Of a stretch of 64,000 nucleotides of DNA, positions 27,001-30,000 are shown piece after piece (within the stretch, counting starts at the first letter, position 1; each line of letters starts with the position of its first letter). Source of the DNA: Candidatus Omnitrophota bacterium (lineage in GTDB: Bacteria; Omnitrophota; Gorgyraeia; Gorgyraeales; Gorgyraeaceae); contig JBDRCN010000045.1 in assembly GCA_043821705.1 (NCBI GenBank), positions 22,400-86,399 of the forward strand, in the 5' to 3' direction. The position numbers and the translations under genes were made by a program. The notes beneath the pieces were generated by a model, which worked only from the letters and a program-made list of their open reading frames with translations, was not told the DNA's origin and made no database searches.

Positions 27001-30000
27001 AGTTAAACGAGCTTCTTTAGTCTGAAACTTTTCTTCTACTTCTATAATAAAAGCTGTTTGACGATCTATTGTGCCCTTATTATCTTCTACAATATTTATT
27101 TTTATATTACCCTTTTCTGCTATTGAAATGATCTTATTTTTAAAGTCTTCTACTCCTGAAGGAAAGTCGTATACTACCAGTATTCTGCCGCCTGGCTTAA
27201 CTACTCTAAGCATTTCTCTTATACAGGCATCTATCTTATCCTGGCCACCCTGTTCTTTAAGCCAAGTAAACAACTCTGTTACGCTTAATTTATCTACGCT
27301 GCTAGTCTCTATCTGAGACATATTAGATGCATCACCATGTATAATTTCAGCCTTATCAGAAATAGGATGCATATCGTTAGGCACAAGGCCCCAGGTAAAG
27401 AGCTCTCTTAAAGCTAACGAACCAGAAGCCAAAGACCCTTTCTCATTCAGAAGATTAAAAATTATATCGCTACCTTGAATTTCTTCCAATTGTAAGAAAT
27501 TTTTCCAATTGCTTAAAAAATATTTAGCAAGCATCACATTAGATTCTGAAATATCAAGATAAATTGCTTTTTCAACATTAAACATATTAGCTGCTAATAA
27601 AGTATATAGCCCTGAACCTCCTGCTAGATCAAGATAGACTTCTCCTTCATCGAGTTCCAGCATACTAAATACACTAGCTGCGCTATGAGTACGTGTATCC
27701 CTAACTTGATTTAATGGATTTTCTGTATATAGTTCAAATCTTTTTATCATCAGATCATTGAACCAGCTAAATTTATCAAATACGTCTTGCTTAATATCTA
27801 AAATATTAACTGGGGTAATGTTAGAATAATTTTTAGACTTCATAGTTTTGCCTATTTCAATCCACATGGATTTTTCTACTACTGCAGGGACAACCTCTCC
27901 ATCAACTATTCTATTTTTCATCTTATTTTGTATATAATCATCCGTTAAATCTGGATCGCCTACAGAGATCCTTATAAAATCCTCAAAAGAAATCTCAGGA
28001 TAGAGAGATCTTATTATCAGCATTGGTGTTAAGAATGCTTCTCTTTCTTGTAGATCCCTGACATATCCATCTGCACCAATAACAGATGTAGGCTTTTCAC
28101 CTCTATTACTTTGTTCAACATGGGTCAATTCATGAAATGCTACATTGATATTGTAATCTCCTTCCACAAGAACTGACAGAGGGAGATTAAAATTGCCTTC
28201 TATATTAAGAATAGTTTTTACAGCTTCCCATGTATTAGAAGATTGTTCTGATACAGCAAATGCTCTATGGGTAGGTTCTATAGTCCCTTTTGGAAGCTCT
28301 TTTATCAGTTCTTCTTTTTCTTCTTGAGTAATAATTACGATCTGGGTATTTTGTGTATTATCCATAAAAACAGCGTTCAATAAAGCTTGAGCTTCTGCTG
28401 TTTTTTCTGCTGGGATAATCTCCCCCATAATACCTGGCAAAGAACTTACTCTTCTGGAAGGTTTTGGCGTAAGGGTTTCTTCAACAGCTACTATGCCTGT
28501 ATCAAATTCTTTCTTAGACGAAGAGCTTATTTCCCCGCTTGCGCCATCAATCTTTGCATACTTGGTCTCATTCTTCTCTTTATATTTAAATATAATATCT
28601 CCATTGCTGGAGATGGCTATATCCTTATTGCCTTTCATCTTTTCTGGGCTTGTCTTGACCAACTCAATCATAGTCTTTCTTATACGATTAAACCCATCCG
28701 ATATCTTAAAATCTTTCTCATCTTTTCCATAAAGCTTTGCTAACTGAGGTGCGACCTGCTTATTATACAGAGCTATCATCTCCTTATCAGCTGTTGTAAG
28801 GATGTTCCTTAGCTTATCAGTCATGCTAGATATAAGCTCATCTATAGGCTTACGCTTACCTGAAAGAAGGAATTTATAGTTTTCTTCATCTGTTTCTTGG
28901 GATGAATAAGGAGAGATCACAACATATGAATATCCACTTTCTTTAAGGAGTTTTGTAAGGCCTCTTGTATGAAAACCTCCTGAAACAAGTGCAGCTACTT
29001 TTGCCCTTCTTTTATTTATCTCGCTTGTGGCATTATCATACATCGTATTATCACGCTGATAAGCAAGATCATAGAACTTCTCAAGCGGAGAGAATTTATC
29101 GTCTATAATTGAAGCGTCATAATTTATCGGATAAGTTATGGAGTATTTTTTAAGGCCTTTTTCTATGAATCTCTTAAAAAATGCCATTCTAAACCCATCT
29201 TTATCTGCAAAATATCTATCAAGCTCTTCATTGGATATCTTCAGATTAAAGAAGCCCTCTAAAAATGTGATATTTCGTATGGCCTTTGTAAGGATCAATT
29301 GATCATTATGTGTCGAGATACTGTTCTTAAGATCAAATGAGAGTTCTTCTATTTCACGGAAAAGTTTTAGTGAATCGAGGGAATTGACTTTTGTCAGATA
29401 ATCAACGAAGTGTAAGAGGTTTGGATATTTACTTAACTCTTCCTCTTTTAAGTGTCTCCTGGATAATTCATCTAGATAGCTATAGAAAGAAAATGGGGAG
29501 ATCTTCTTATCTTTAAAGAGAGAAAGCTGAGCAACTAGCTTTTCTATACTAGAATCATCTCTTTTAGACATTAAAGCCCTCTGCAGGCCTTCCAGTATCC
29601 CCTGGGACTCCCCCATCACCTTTTCCCGATCTACTTCTTTTTCTAAAGCCATGCTTTTTCGTAAAAGCGCTATATTTTGGAACTTCTCTTCGTCCAGTGT
29701 TTCATTAAAGTTCCATAGATAATCTAGATATTCATTTGTCTCTATGGAACTATTCTGATAAGAAACTTCTTTTGAATCTAGCTCTAATAACTGTGCAGAA
29801 TATATATGGGTCTTTAATCTATCCAATGCATTTTTAATATTTGAGATCAATGCTAGAGATGGTAGGTTGAACTTCATGACCCTGTTAAATTCGATTATAT
29901 TTTCAAAATATATCTCTTTAGTCTCCACACCCCATATTGCCAGGTCAGGATACTTAGTAATAGAGAGATATTCTTCTCCTGTCAGCTCGCCTGAATCAAT

